NCBI GenBank assembly: GCA_032718475.1
Contig: JAUCBJ010002811.1
Location: forward strand, 50,993-114,992
Direction of reading: 5' to 3'
Length of the DNA stretch: 64,000 bases
Source: Nemertoderma westbladi
Taxonomy: Eukaryota; Animalia; Xenacoelomorpha
Under the pieces are notes generated by a model. That model was not told the origin of the DNA. It was given only the letters and a program-made list of their open reading frames with translations, and did no database searches. Of this stretch, positions 1-12,685 are shown piece after piece. Position 1 is the stretch's first letter. Each line of letters begins with the position of its first letter. Position numbers and translations under genes: made by a program.

Positions 1-1157
1 TTTAATCGGGGACTGCAGCCCTGGTTTTTATTGAGATTTTACTTATTTCTGTCAGTTTTATTTATCTGTAATTGTAATATTGAGCAGAAGGCGTGTAAGC
101 CTGCTCAGATTGTATAAATAATTTGCAGGCCGGATTGTTGTCTAACTGTTGTTAGGTCTGAGGCGATTGCAGTGTGTGTAGAGTGTCTGTCTGATAAAGT
201 GCTAGTTAGGAAGGTGGGGGCATCCAGTGCTGTAAGGTAAATCCCCCCCGAAAGAATAAGTCGTACTACTTGGTTAGAACGCCTACTAACTAACCAATTC
301 GGAGTCTGCATATACTGTAGTTTATTTAGGCTTGACAGTAGTCTGCCAGCATTTGGTCTGTGTTTTATTTGAATAGTCTGCACGGGTAGTGTAATATTTA
401 TTATTCAGAGTTTATGCGAGTATTCGCAACCTCCAATTCCCCAAGTTTATTCCTACAGTAATTGTGCTTGATATACATACTGTTATAGTTAAATTAACCC
501 CGGTACTACATCAGGGCTGCTTGGCGTAGGTAAAGACTGGTGATTTTGTGCTCCAGTCACTCCAGCAGATACCGTGGTTCTTTTGGCTGTTCACGTATAT
601 TTAACTGCTGGTTATTTGTTGTATAAGTACTTGTACCTAATTTAGGGTTTAGAATACAGTGCTTTCCGAAGGTAATTTAGTGTGTAGGCAGTATATTTGT
701 GTTATAACGTGGTTAATAGGTACGTTAGCTCTGGTTGGCTTCGATAATTAACCTGTAGGTAAGGACACTCCAGGTACATAACGTAGTACTTATAGAGTTT
801 AAGACTATAAGTTGTCAGATGGTAGTATTTCCTTATCTGGACAACGCAACTTACTTACTACTGCTTTATTGGTTTCAACTACCGTAGTTTCCTGTCAGTT
901 TGTAAGAACCAGAAATTCTAACTCCTTGTTAGGCTGGTTTGTAGATTTCTTGTAAAATTACCCTAAAAATTGTACGTGTAACTTGTTTATTGTTTATTTA
1001 GAGATTGTAATCTCAACCTGATTGTAAGTAATTTGTAGTAATAAGTAACCTAGTAAAGTAGAATTATCTGTATTAGTGTCTAACAAGTAGCACTCCACTG
1101 AGAGCGTTCAGCTTCTGTGTAGTGACTCCTTATCTAGAAATAATAACATTTATTTCA
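1..1157 (+). repeat. Direct repeat, copy A (near-identical to 2631-3786); left boundary lies outside the window
   Basis: TTTAATCGGGGACTGCAGCC... at 1 and 2631; alignment continues with scattered substitutions to ...AATAACATTTATTTCA (1157/3786). Confidence 0.95.
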
Positions 1158-1368
1158 TAGCAGTCTATTGCCTATAACAATTGACATACAAGTGTAGGCC
1201 TATTTACAGATTCAGTCAGTCAGAAGTAGGATTACTTTCGGTTTGCGTTTTTCGTACCAGTATCCTGTTTACCTGTTGTCTCTGTGCTTCTGTGTACTGG
1301 TATCGAAATAGGCTGACACCCGATGTCACCACTGATATACTGACATTGAAACAGTGGGGTGTTACCAG
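1158..1368 (+). repeat. Unclassified repeat 'X', interrupted by the Bel/Pao LTR at 1369
   Basis: Homologous to the reverse complement of 54329-54542 (shared ACTTTCGGTTTGCGTTTTTCGTACC, CCCGATGTCACC, ACAGTGGGGTGTTACCAG). Confidence 0.85.
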
Positions 1369-2476
1369 TGTAAAAGCTTTTGCGGACATAACAAGTCATT
1401 TTTACGCAATGCGCAGAATACTCTAAAATAGCCCTAAATTTATGCAACTACGCGACGGGAAGGAATTGGAACCCAGATAACGAAATCTGTCAGCTGATTC
1501 TTTGTGGACATGGAGGTTCTTTGTTCTGTCTTTTTCAGCCAATCAGAGCAATTTTCACTTTATGTCTAACAGAAACCTATGGAAACTCACGCAATGCATT
1601 ACGGTCTTTGTTTACTATTTTCTGAGCATCAGAACTAACTCAGAATTTTCTGTGCTTCTGTGTGGAAGTTTCAGACTTTGGCCTAGGAACATCAGATGGC
1701 CTTGATTATAAGAACGTAAATCTATTAACTGAACATGCCACAATGAACACTGAAACATCATCGTAACACTCTCTACATACCATTGAACACTGACTGTTCA
1801 CCGCATTATTTTACTTCTGTTTATAGTACCTATTAATTGTTGTTATATTAATGGATATTGATGTTATATTTGGAGAATACCGATAAATAATCATAAACCC
1901 CTCAATCTTATTGATTACTGAGGTAAGAGGAATAGAGTTTACCGGTAGCAACTGCGACTTAAATTATAGTGGTTTGTGTGAATTAAATGCTATTTCATAA
2001 TCCCTACGTGTGTCAGTTGCGATCCTCCTTATATATGAACAAATTCAGTGACGGTCGGCAGATTAGTGCGAACTAGTGTGAAGTAGTGTGAAGGTTAATA
2101 AAGCATCTACTAAATAATGCGCTATTTACGAAACTCTGTGGCCATCTAGTTGTGATTAGTATAAGTCATAACTCTGTTTTTATACTTAAAGCGCCACGTC
2201 CTAAAGGAACTGTTAATATTTCCCCGAAAATAAATATAGTTGTCAGAGATTATATAGTAGCGATCAATCAAATAATACAGTAGGTCTACACTGCAATAAC
2301 TCTCAAGGAATCTGAATCCAGTCTCCCACACCGTGGGTCATACGCCACGCACGGACTGGCTTCGGCTGATGTAACTTCAGTACACTAGGTAATTGATAAA
2401 GGCTAAAGTCGATTTATAAACAAGAGGACAACTAAAATTGGCAGGTTAAACTGCTAAAGGTCTAAAAGCGCGAACA
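1369..2476 (+). repeat. 5' LTR of Bel/Pao copy 1 (1108 bp)
   Basis: Starts TGTAAAAGCTTTTGCGGAC, ends AAAAGCGCGAACA; homologous to 17020-18157; CCAAT box near 1538, AATAAA near 2097. Confidence 0.92.
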
Positions 2477-2630
2477 TTAATAGATTTCAAGTTTCTTTAT
2501 TGCACCGTAGGCAATAAAGTCGAATGTACCGGTCGGACGGTAAGCTGTAGGCCTAATCACCCGAACCGGTACTTAAAGGTAGAGCAGTATTATTTCGATT
2601 GTGATAATTATATACCGGTAGGTCTTAATA

Positions 2631-3786
2631 TTTAATCGGGGACTGCAGCCCTGGTTTTTATTGAGATTTTACTTATTTCTGTCAGTTTTATTTATCTGTA
2701 AGTGTAATATTGAGCAGAAGGCGTGTAAGCCTGCTCAGATTGTATAAATAATTTGCAGGCCGGATTGTTGTCTAACTGTTGTTAGGTCTGAGGCGATTGC
2801 AGTGTGTATAGAGTGTCTGTCCGATAAAGTGCTAGTTAGGAAGGTGGGGGCATCCAGTGCTGTAAGGTAAATCCCCCCCAAAAGAATAAGTCGTACTACT
2901 TGGTTAGAACGCCTACTAACTAACCATTTCGGAGTCTGCATATACTGTAGTTTATTTAGGCTTGACAGTAGTCTGCCAGCATTTGGTCTGTGTTTTATTT
3001 GAATAGTCTGCACGGGTAGCGTAATATTTATTATTCAGAGTTTATGCGAGTATTCGCAACCTCCAATTCCCCAAGTTTATTCCTACAGTAATTGTGCTTG
3101 TTATACATACCGTTATAGTTAAATTAACCCCGGTACTACATCAGGGCTGCTTGGTGCAGGTAAAGACTGGTGATTTTGTGCTCCGGTCACTCCAGCAGAT
3201 ACCGTGGTTCTTTTGGCTGTTCACGTATATTTAACTGCTGGTTATTTGTTGTATAAGTACTTATACCTAATTTAGGGTTTAGAGTACAGTGCTTTCCGAA
3301 TGTAATTTAGTGTGTAGGCAGTATATTTGTGTTATAACGTGGTTAATAGGTACGTTAGCTCTGGTTGGCTTCGATAATTAACCTCTAGGTAAGGACACTC
3401 CGGGTACATAACGTAGTACTTATAGAGTTTAAGACTATAAGTCGTCAGACGGTGGTATTTCCTTATCTGGACAACGCAACTTACTTACTACTGCTTTATT
3501 GGTTTCAACTACCGTAGTTTCCTGTCAGTTTGTAAGAACCAGAAATTCTAACTCCTTGTTAGGCTGGTTTGTAGATTTCTTGTAAAATTACCCTAAAAAT
3601 TGTACGTGTAACTTGTTTATTTTTTATTAAGAGATTGTAATCTCAACCTGATTGTAAGTAATTTGTAGTAATAAGTAACTTAGTAAAGTAGAATTATCTG
3701 TATTAGTGTCTACAAGTAGCACTCCACTGAGAGCGTTCAGCTTCTGTGTAGTGACTCCTTATCCAGAAATAATAACATTTATTTCA
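2631..3786 (+). repeat. Direct repeat, copy B, lying within the 5' leader of Bel/Pao copy 1
   Basis: Near-identical to 1-1157. Confidence 0.95.
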
Positions 3787-4247
3787 AATATTGTCAAAAC
3801 CCTTTATACGGGTATATATATATTTATAAATCAACTCAAACAGATTTATAAAATAGTAGGCCTGTTATACATCAATTAGGTCTTAATATCAGTTGAACTA
3901 CTGCTTAATATCAGTAATAAAGTAAAGGGAAGTAGCCCAAAAATCCAGAAATTTAGTTATTATTAAATAATTGACATTACCAGTATTTACGGTAAGCTTA
4001 TTATATTTATATTAATTTAGGCTGAAATTATATACCGGTATTCTGTGACTGATCCTAGTCTGTAATACTACTTATATATATACTATAAGTGTATACCGGT
4101 ATTTTAATACTATACTTATATATATATATCACATTACACTGAGTAACGATATCGGTAACTAACTACTAGGCTGACAGTTCATACTGATTCTTCTAGACTT
4201 GCTTTAACTGTCATTATAGTAGTAGGCATTCAACTGTAAAATAAATC

Positions 4248-7136
4248 ATGTCTGACACAAAGCAAACACTGTCAGATAGTCTCCTAGAAAGAACGATCTG
4301 TGACCCAGATAAAAGTATCGAACATCTCAGACCGAAGTCCAAATCCCCTCCTACTGTAAGAAAGGTTATCCCTACAGTAGTAGTATCAGACCATAGGCTA
4401 GTAAAGCATCATAGGTCTATTATAGGCACTAGATCTCAAGTTAAGTGAGACCAAGAGACGGCAGTTAAACAACAGCAGCACTCGAGCCGAGAACTTATTT
4501 CTCAACAGCAGAATAACTCTTAGTAGTTCTGACACTGAAGAGTTAACACCCGAGATCGGAGCAAGGATGGCAGAAGCGGTTTATCCAGATCCACTTCTAA
4601 TTCTTCCTGGGGCCGTACTCACTAGAGTATTGATCACTGTGGAGGAACATCAAGCCGATTGGACGAGAAATAAGAGATCGACCAGGGACAGTTATGCTGG
4701 ATACACGATGGAGGAACTAAGGTCTATTGTAGAGATGCAATGGAACTTCCCCGGACCCGGACTCCCGTTTAACTTATCGGAAGCTGCCTGGGAGGACTTA
4801 TACCGAATGGGGATGGTAAGGGACACTCGAGATCCAGCTGTATGGAAGAGGTCAGCAGCAGGATATGTCCAAGGATTCTTCAACTCCTTGGAACGATTAG
4901 AAGAACATCTATTTCAACAATGACAAGGACCTCAAGAGCAGGGAGAGCTGCTTTATCAAGTGCGAGAACGAATCTTGCGGATTAGATTAGTACTTTCAGC
5001 CTTTGAGGAGGCCTCGAAGAGAAGCCAAGACACGTCATTGCAAGTGGCTGTAAAGACTTGGTTCCAAAGAGTGAGTGTTAAGGTCCAGGGAACGACACAA
5101 TGGAAAGTTCAGCTAACTGAGCGCATGACCCACGGAGAATCAACAGACGCCACCTTTTCTCATGTGGAAGGCGAAGCGATATCCGAAAAACCTCAGAAGA
5201 AAGATACTATTGATATCTATCTGTCGGATTATCAACGATTTATAGGTGACAAAGAACTCAGAAGACGGCTAGCTGGACTTCATCCTAATAGTGAGGGAGC
5301 CAAATTCGTGTTAGATTCTTTAGATGCGGAAATATTAGCTGCGGAGCAGGCTAAATTTGATGAAAGCATCATCATGGCAATGGACCAAGAAGGGCAAATA
5401 AGGAAAAGGCAAATAGAAGACCGAAAGTTAGCAGCAGTGGAGGCAGCGGCCGCGAAAGAAGCTGAAAGGAAAGCGGCAGTGGCAGTGGCAGCGGCAGCAG
5501 CAGTGGCAGCGGCAGCAGCAGTGGCAGCGGCAGCGGCAGAATCTGAAAGAAAGGCAGCGGCGGCAGTGGCAGAAGCAGAACGGAAGGCATCCGAGGCGAC
5601 AGCCCAACTCGAGTTGGAGAACCTTCAGGTGAAACAAGATTACTTAAATAAACAGAGAGCAGCTACTCAGATACAACTACTGAGTCGATCCACTCCCAGA
5701 AGACAGGGATTTACCTCCTCAGATGAAGGTGATACAACGGATCCTGAGGGTAAAGGCACTCAATCTCGTTCAAGCGGATGTAGAAGAGCGCCACACCAGC
5801 AGAAGTTGCCTAATTTGCCTCCTGCGGTGAGAAGGCAACTAGCTAATGTAGATTTAAGTAATCAGGAGCCTACAGACCAAATTATTAGAGTAGAAAGACT
5901 CCCTACTATAGTAGATGAGCCTGAAATAATTAGGCCTGTCATTGAAGCCACTCCGGTGATAGAGACCCCTGTACTTCAAGAACCTAACTCTAAATTCCCT
6001 TTGCACAGTACTAAACTACCTGTGCCCAGTAGACAAGCCCTGGAATCACACCCAGACCTGGACGCCGAGCAAGACATAAATGAATTGTCTCCCGTCGTCC
6101 CTATGTGCCACCCAGCTACCATGTTGGCGGCTCCCGCTTCTGCGGTTGAGTGGGTGGACGAGGGACGACAGGGGATGAATCGGCTGCTCGGACAGCTGGA
6201 GGACCACAAGAAGCAGTCTTCCCAGCAGGTCCGAGAATTGGAAGGGACTGTTCAGCTGTTAAAGGGAACAGTAAGAGAGCGCAGGTAAGACAAGTTTGGG
6301 ATACACTAAAAATCAGGTATGGTAATAGGACTAACATAGCTAGATATTTATAAGCGAAATTAGTAGCGCCCCGAAAGTTTCTTAGCAGCGGGATTATAGA
6401 GTTTTCTGATGAGATTCAGGAGATCTGTAGACAGTTAGATTGGTTAGGTAAGTCTCAGTAATACCAGAGTTCTATGGTTGTTGGAGCCGTGGCATCTACT
6501 TTGCCAAAGGGTGGAGTAGGTACTCGTTGGGACAAAAAGGTTCTCTATTTAATAGACCAACAACATAGAGATCCAACCATGACGGACCTTCTGTCATTCT
6601 TAAACAGAGAGGTAAGATTACAACTCCTAAAACAGTCTAGAGAGAAGACTCCGGAAAGTAAGGTAAGTGAAAAACCCGTTACTAGGAGAGAGGTAACACC
6701 AGTGTGTTATACGGATTGTGGGAGTCAGAAGATGTCCTACGATGAGAACAGCGGTAAGGACACCGAAAGATCTTATTATGTCAATAAAGTTAGGAAAGAC
6801 GTAAGTAGATCTAAGTCTCAAACCAGTGACAGGAGAGAACAGGTAACAACTCCTCCTACATCTCCTAAGAGAATTCATGGAAGAAAGCCTGAAGAAAGAA
6901 CAAGTGTGCACAACACAACACAGGTTAAAGTAAGTAACATCAAACCCAAGTGTGTATTGTGCGACGGGCCACATCGCTTGAGTGGGTGTGATGAATTCTT
7001 AAAGAAATCCCTGAAGGATAGACGTGATGTCATGTGGGATAAGCGGTTGTGTTATAATTGCCTCAGAAGAGGACATCAATGACGAACCTGCTACTCAGAC
7101 GCGAAGTGTGCTAAGTGCGGCGCAAAACATCATATC
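4248..7136 (+). pseudogene. gag: Bel/Pao gag, broken by stops, frameshifts and an apparent internal deletion
   Basis: VWDTLKIRYGN (DUF1759-like), DLLSFL, CVLCDGPHRLSGC, CYNCLRRGH and CAKCGAKHHILLH triple zinc knuckle typical of Pao gag. Confidence 0.85.
5430..5600 (+). repeat. Coding Ala-rich (GCR/GTG) minisatellite in gag with repeated ERKA motifs
   Basis: GCAGCGGCAGCAGCAGTG repeats; translation AAAAAVAAAAAVAAAAAESERKAAAAVAEAERKA. Confidence 0.9.
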
Positions 7137-10100
7137 TTGTTGCACACAGAATTTGACAGAACCCGTACGAGTCAGGTTAGTGAGCCCGAACTACATGTCC
7201 AATTCAGTGATGTGAACGACACTGACCACAGTTCGGAGATGGAAGGATTCTACACGGACGAATTCTCCGATGAAAATGAATCCTGTTATATGATTAACAC
7301 AGCTGTGTATCGAGCACTTATGTACGAGACAGATACAGAAGGAGAAGATCCTCGACTGACTATTCCGGATCGACAGCCATCTTGGAAAGCGCCAACTTCC
7401 TCTGTTGGTATCCGAGAATTCCCTGTGGTGCAACTGAGGGTCCATGGGATAGGGAAGAGCTTGATAGTAAATGCCCTCCTTGACTCCGGCAGTACAGGCA
7501 CCTTTATTGATAAAGAACTAGCCGAAGACATTTTTGCTGGACAAACCAAGTTGAACCTTTCTGGAATTATGCAGGTTTGAAATCCACAGTAGCCACAGAT
7601 TACTACGTGGATGCGTTGTCCACTCCCCAGGATGAACTAGGAGAAAATAGTGTAAAGTCGGTCAAAATGGTGGCGATAAAGAACTTTGCTACTAGCCAAG
7701 TGGAGCCTTACAACTGGGATGAAGACCGTTTTACCCAGCAACATAGTATACCTAGATTCAACACAGATTATCCAGGGGTGCAGATCTTACTCGGCCAAAA
7801 TGCGCACGAAGCGCTTGCGACATTAGAAAAACGGCCTGCTCGACCGCAACCACTTCAGACGTATGCAGGAAGAACTAGAGTAGGTTGGTACTTTACTGGA
7901 CCTTCTCATAGGACCTTAAGGGAAAGACTCCCAAATGAACAAATCCACCAGGTGAGTGAATGGAAAGAAGAAGTCAGTGAAGAAAAAATCCCAGCTGAGG
8001 AAACTCCATACTCCTCAGACAACGACGACATCAACCATTTGTATGATGAGGAAAATGTCATAGATATCCTCACTGAAAACCAAACTTGGTCAAACCAAGT
8101 CAACCTATGCCATATTATCAGTCAACCTGGTGGACAATTTACCTATAACGATGAATTAAACGAAGTGATAGATCGAAGCCGTAGAGCCTAATTCCTACGA
8201 CAAAGCCTTGTCTGTCAAGGAAGAGAGAGCCAAGCAGATTCAGGAAACGACTACACGTTATCTGAAGGAAGAAAGTCGCTATGAGATTGGTCTTCCGTTT
8301 CGACGGCGCGAACCCAGCTTCGTAAATAACCAACCTTTAGCGGAAAAGAGAATCGCACAACTACATCGGCGTCTGACGGCTAACGTTCAAGCCAGGGAAA
8401 TGTATAAAACCCAACTGAAGAAATTTATTGACCAGGGATACGCAGAGCGAGTTCCGGAAGAAACACCCATAACAGAGAGAATGTATTATCTAACACATCA
8501 TTACGTTCCCAAGCCCGGTAAACCCAACGAAGTCCGGGTAGTGTTTGATGGCTCCGCCCTTTACATGGGTCAATCCCTGAATTCAGAACTGTTGCCGGGA
8601 CCCAACTTACTCCAATCTGGATCATCTCAAGCCCCTCGAACGCTTGTTCGGTAGTGCGTACCACTGCCGATGACAACCGAGACGCCTTCTCTAAAGCGGT
8701 TATCGACAACATCAAATGGGATATATACATGGACGACAATTTAAAGTCCCTCCCATCAGTGGAAGAAGCCATTGATATTGCCAAGGGAACAGTAGAGTGC
8801 TTGCAACGCGGTGGATTTCAGCTAACCAAATTCACTAGTAACTCCCGTGAGTTTCTGGAATCGATCCCGGTAGAAGACCGAGGTGTTAAAGATCTGGACC
8901 TCATCAAGGACGATCTTCTGGAAACCAAGACACTTGGATTAAAATGGGACACGGAGAGAGATATCTTGTTTTTCCAGTGAAAACAACGAGAGAATCCAGT
9001 TAGAACTAAACGGATTTGTCTAAGTATCCTGAGCACTTATTTTGATCCATTGGGATTTATTAGCCCAGTTATATTAGTTACTCCGAGCTTAGTGCAACAA
9101 ATGTGGCTCGAAAACCACTCGTGGGATGATCCACTTAAGGGAGAAATACTAAAGAAGTGGATGAAATGGGAAGATTCTCTACCATCCATCGAGATCTTTA
9201 AGATTTCCCGTTCATATTTTGGTCACATTCTCCCAACGTATTCCTATCAACTCCATGTGTTTGGAGACGCCAGCGATATGGGAATAGGTATAGTAGCCTA
9301 CCTGAGGGTTGAAACTCCGGATGGAATTAAAGTTGCCTTGGTCACCTCTAAAGCCCTAATAAACAACAAACTACGAGTTCCTAGAGCGGAGTTAAAGGCG
9401 GCTCTATACGCTACAGCCATCGGCCGGAATGTAACAGAACAGATCGACTATCCACTGGAGAAAACTGTCTATTGGACTGATGCTTTACTCGTTCTGGAGT
9501 ATATAACAAATGAAGTCTGTCAGTTCAGTGTCTTCATTACCAACAGAGTAGCCATTATACTCAGTCACTCTAATGTAGATCAATGGAGACATTGCCCCGG
9601 GACGATTAATCCAGCTGACATCGCCTCTAGAGGAGCAACTCATCAAGAACTGATAGATACCCCAGACTGGTTAGGTGGATCCAACTTCCTAAGTAAAGAA
9701 GAGGATGAATGGCCCCTCATTGGCGGAGAAAGTCAAACCTAAAACCCAGACGAGTAAATCAAAGTTATTTAAACCCGTGATAGATCTGTCTGTACTACAC
9801 ACCTCCGGAGACGACACTGTGGATCTAAACTCACCCATTACGACTAGATCCGTTATAGAAATTAGAGAAAGAGACTGGAAATCTGGAACACCAGATGTCT
9901 CGCAAGGACTCTCCCCTCTCCTGCAGAGAGCAATAGATCATTATAGCTCCTAGAATCGGCTTTGCAAGGCCGTTGTGTGTCTTAAAAGATGTTTCCATCA
10001 TCACTATTCCAGGACAAAGATCGCTAGTGATACCGCTCCAATAGTATCCGAAAAGGTTCATGTTATTAAAGACCTTCCCACTTATAAAGTGTCTGATAGG

Positions 10101-11570
10101 TTTCTGACTGAGAAGATCAGTTACCAAGAGCATGAGGATACCAATAAGCAGATACTGAGACTCCTGCAATGCTACGAAGATTCCGATAAGTATTTCCTGT
10201 TGTTGAGAAATCCACAGATGCGCTTAAGGGATCGTTTCTCTAGCACAATGATAGATGGGTTAATACGTGTAGGAGGGAGATTAACTAATGCTCCATTGTC
10301 CTTTAACACTAAATTTCCCATACTCATTAGAAATCTTGAAATACAAATCAAGATGATTGTAGATGTTCACAGTAGGCTTTACCATGCTGGTAGAGAACGA
10401 GTTCTTAACGAAATTCGAACTCGCTATTATTTCCATAAGCCCCGTAGAGCTCTAAACAAAGTTCTTAGGAACTGTATACCCTGTAGGAAAGCATTTAGTA
10501 GGCCTTTAACACAGCGAGAGGCAGAATTACCTAGGGAACGAGTAAGCTTCTTTGAACCACCCTTTACTAATACTGGTGTGGATTTATTTGGCCCTATTGA
10601 AGTATATCGTGCTAGGACTATAGTCAAGCGATAGTCAAGCTGTATGACTTGTAGAGCGATCCATCTAGATATGGTGGACGATCTATCTACCAACAGCTTC
10701 ATACTGAGTTAACGCTGACAGATCGCACGTTTTGGGACTAGCAACACTATGAGATCCGACAAAGGAATGAACTTCATTGGCGCCAATAATGAGATCAAAG
10801 CTTACGTGAAAGATTGGAACCAAAGACAGGTGGACGATCAGCTAAGGGTAACAGCATCTAGCTGGACCTTCAAAGCCATCGACGCCCCTTGGTGGGGAGG
10901 AAGTTGGGAGAGACTAATACGGAGCGTGAAGACCGCATTTCACTTTATAGTGCCATGCCGCGCGTATCTCACCGACGAACTCTTGCGGAAGTTAATGGAA
11001 GAAATTGCCGCCTATCTTAACGAGAGACTGCTTATGTCAGTCTCATCAAGTCCCGACTCCCTAGAAGCGCTAACACCCGTGCATTTCCTACTAAAGAAAC
11101 CTGTAGCCATGCTCCCGCAATCGGACATCACGGACGGAGACAAATACTGCCGACAAACTTGGCAACTTATGCAGTTATTATCCCGTCGTTTTGCTGACCA
11201 TTTCGAAAAACATTATCTTCCTACGCTACAACTTCGAACAAAGTGATTTGCGCAGCAAGAAAACGTCAGCGCCGGAGACATGGTCCTTATCGTGGAATCA
11301 GATCTTCCATGTAAGAGGTGGCAGACAGGTCGTATCATCGAGACTCATATATCCGATGATGGTTTAGTGCGATCGGTAGAACTCGTCGTCATGCGACGTA
11401 ACTTTAAGAAACCTGGAATTGTATTCGAAACACAACAACATAATCGCCCAGTGGGTCGTTTATGTTTACTGGAAAGAGACTGAGAGTTGTCCGGGAACTA
11501 TGGAAGGCAAGAGACTCTTCCTACGACCACCTCCCTAATCCAACAAACATCTAGGGACTCCCCAACGTAA
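7137..11570 (+). pseudogene. pol: Bel/Pao pol (protease, RT with internal deletion, RNase H, integrase), many stops and frameshifts
   Basis: ALLDSGSTGTFI (~7475), VRVVFDGSA, GPNLL joined directly to xIISSPSNAC, IYMDDNL, LHVFGDAS, WRHCPGTINPADIASRG, RVGGRL, HAG...CIPC, GVDLFGP; colinear with 50336-53296. Confidence 0.93.
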
Positions 11571-12130
11571 CAGCGTCTGGAGTGGGTGTGTGACTCCATT
11601 ATTTTATTTTTTTTATTATTTTTATAATTATGTATGTATTATTATGTAATTTTATTATTATAATCGTTTTCTTTAATTTTATTTAATAGAATAATATTTT
11701 AACGATTATTCAGTAGTTTAGTGCAATATATTCGTGTTTAATACTTAATTACTTAGCATAATATATTTCGTTTAACGGCGAGAAATAATTCATTTTCTCT
11801 TTCCTTACTGTCCGTATCATATTATAAATACGTGACTACAGTAAGATGAAATGTCTGTACTTATTAAAAGTACAATATACCGCCCCTACTATACTCAAGT
11901 ATTATTGGTAAGTAGAGTATTAGGAATACAAAGTTCAGATCTTCGTGTCTCGGCTAAACCAAGCTCTGGTTAGACCTTGGAAATGACTTGCCTCTTCTCA
12001 CTGACATTGCTTCTTGCAATATTGCTCTCATACCGTATCTTAAATAATACATATAGTAGAATGATGTCCATTTAACAGCAGCGTTGAAATGCAAAATAAA
12101 TCTATTAAACTCTTTGACCATCTGAAATTG

Positions 12131-12495
12131 TAGTCGATTAAGATATCGCGGCACCCACCGATATACTTGAAAGACAAAATTCTAGAATCAGTGGTGAACG
12201 TCCCCAGACATGTTCTGGAATAAATCGGTGCCCATCTTAAATATTAAATATTTAATAAATATTTATAAAATCTGTTAAAACAAATGTTACAATAGAGTAA
12301 ATGCTGACAAATTAACTCTAGAAAATCTATAAATCAAAATCTGTTAAAGTTTAGATCCTCTAAAATTCTAGTCTATTAAGATATCGTAGCACTTACCGAT
12401 ACGATACTCTTAAAAAGACAAAATTTCTAGAATTAAGGATCCTAGTCCCCAGACATGTTCTGGAATAAAATTGTGTCTATTTAATATCAAATAAT
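12131..12495 (+). repeat. Two ~120-bp direct repeats in the pol-ORF3 spacer
   Basis: AGTC(G/T)ATTAAGATATCG...AAAGACAAAATT...GTCCCCAGACATGTTCTGGAATAAA at ~12131 and ~12371; also present in copy 2 (~49500-49790). Confidence 0.85.
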
Positions 12496-12685
12496 AAAAT
12501 TCGCGGGAATAAATTTTAAATTCATATCCTCTCATGAATTTGATAAATTGTCATTTTAAACAATTTATAACATTCACCCTATTAAGTATATTAGTGTGCG
12601 AGAATCTCCAGTGTACAGTCAATAGCCGATAAAATTCATAAAATCATGTATAAGGGGAATATTGACAATTAAAGAATTACTATTA

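Noticed and set aside
105-3013. Duplicated 92-aa ORFs (105-383, 2735-3013) as genes
   Set aside because: No motifs; the duplication simply reflects the near-identical repeat
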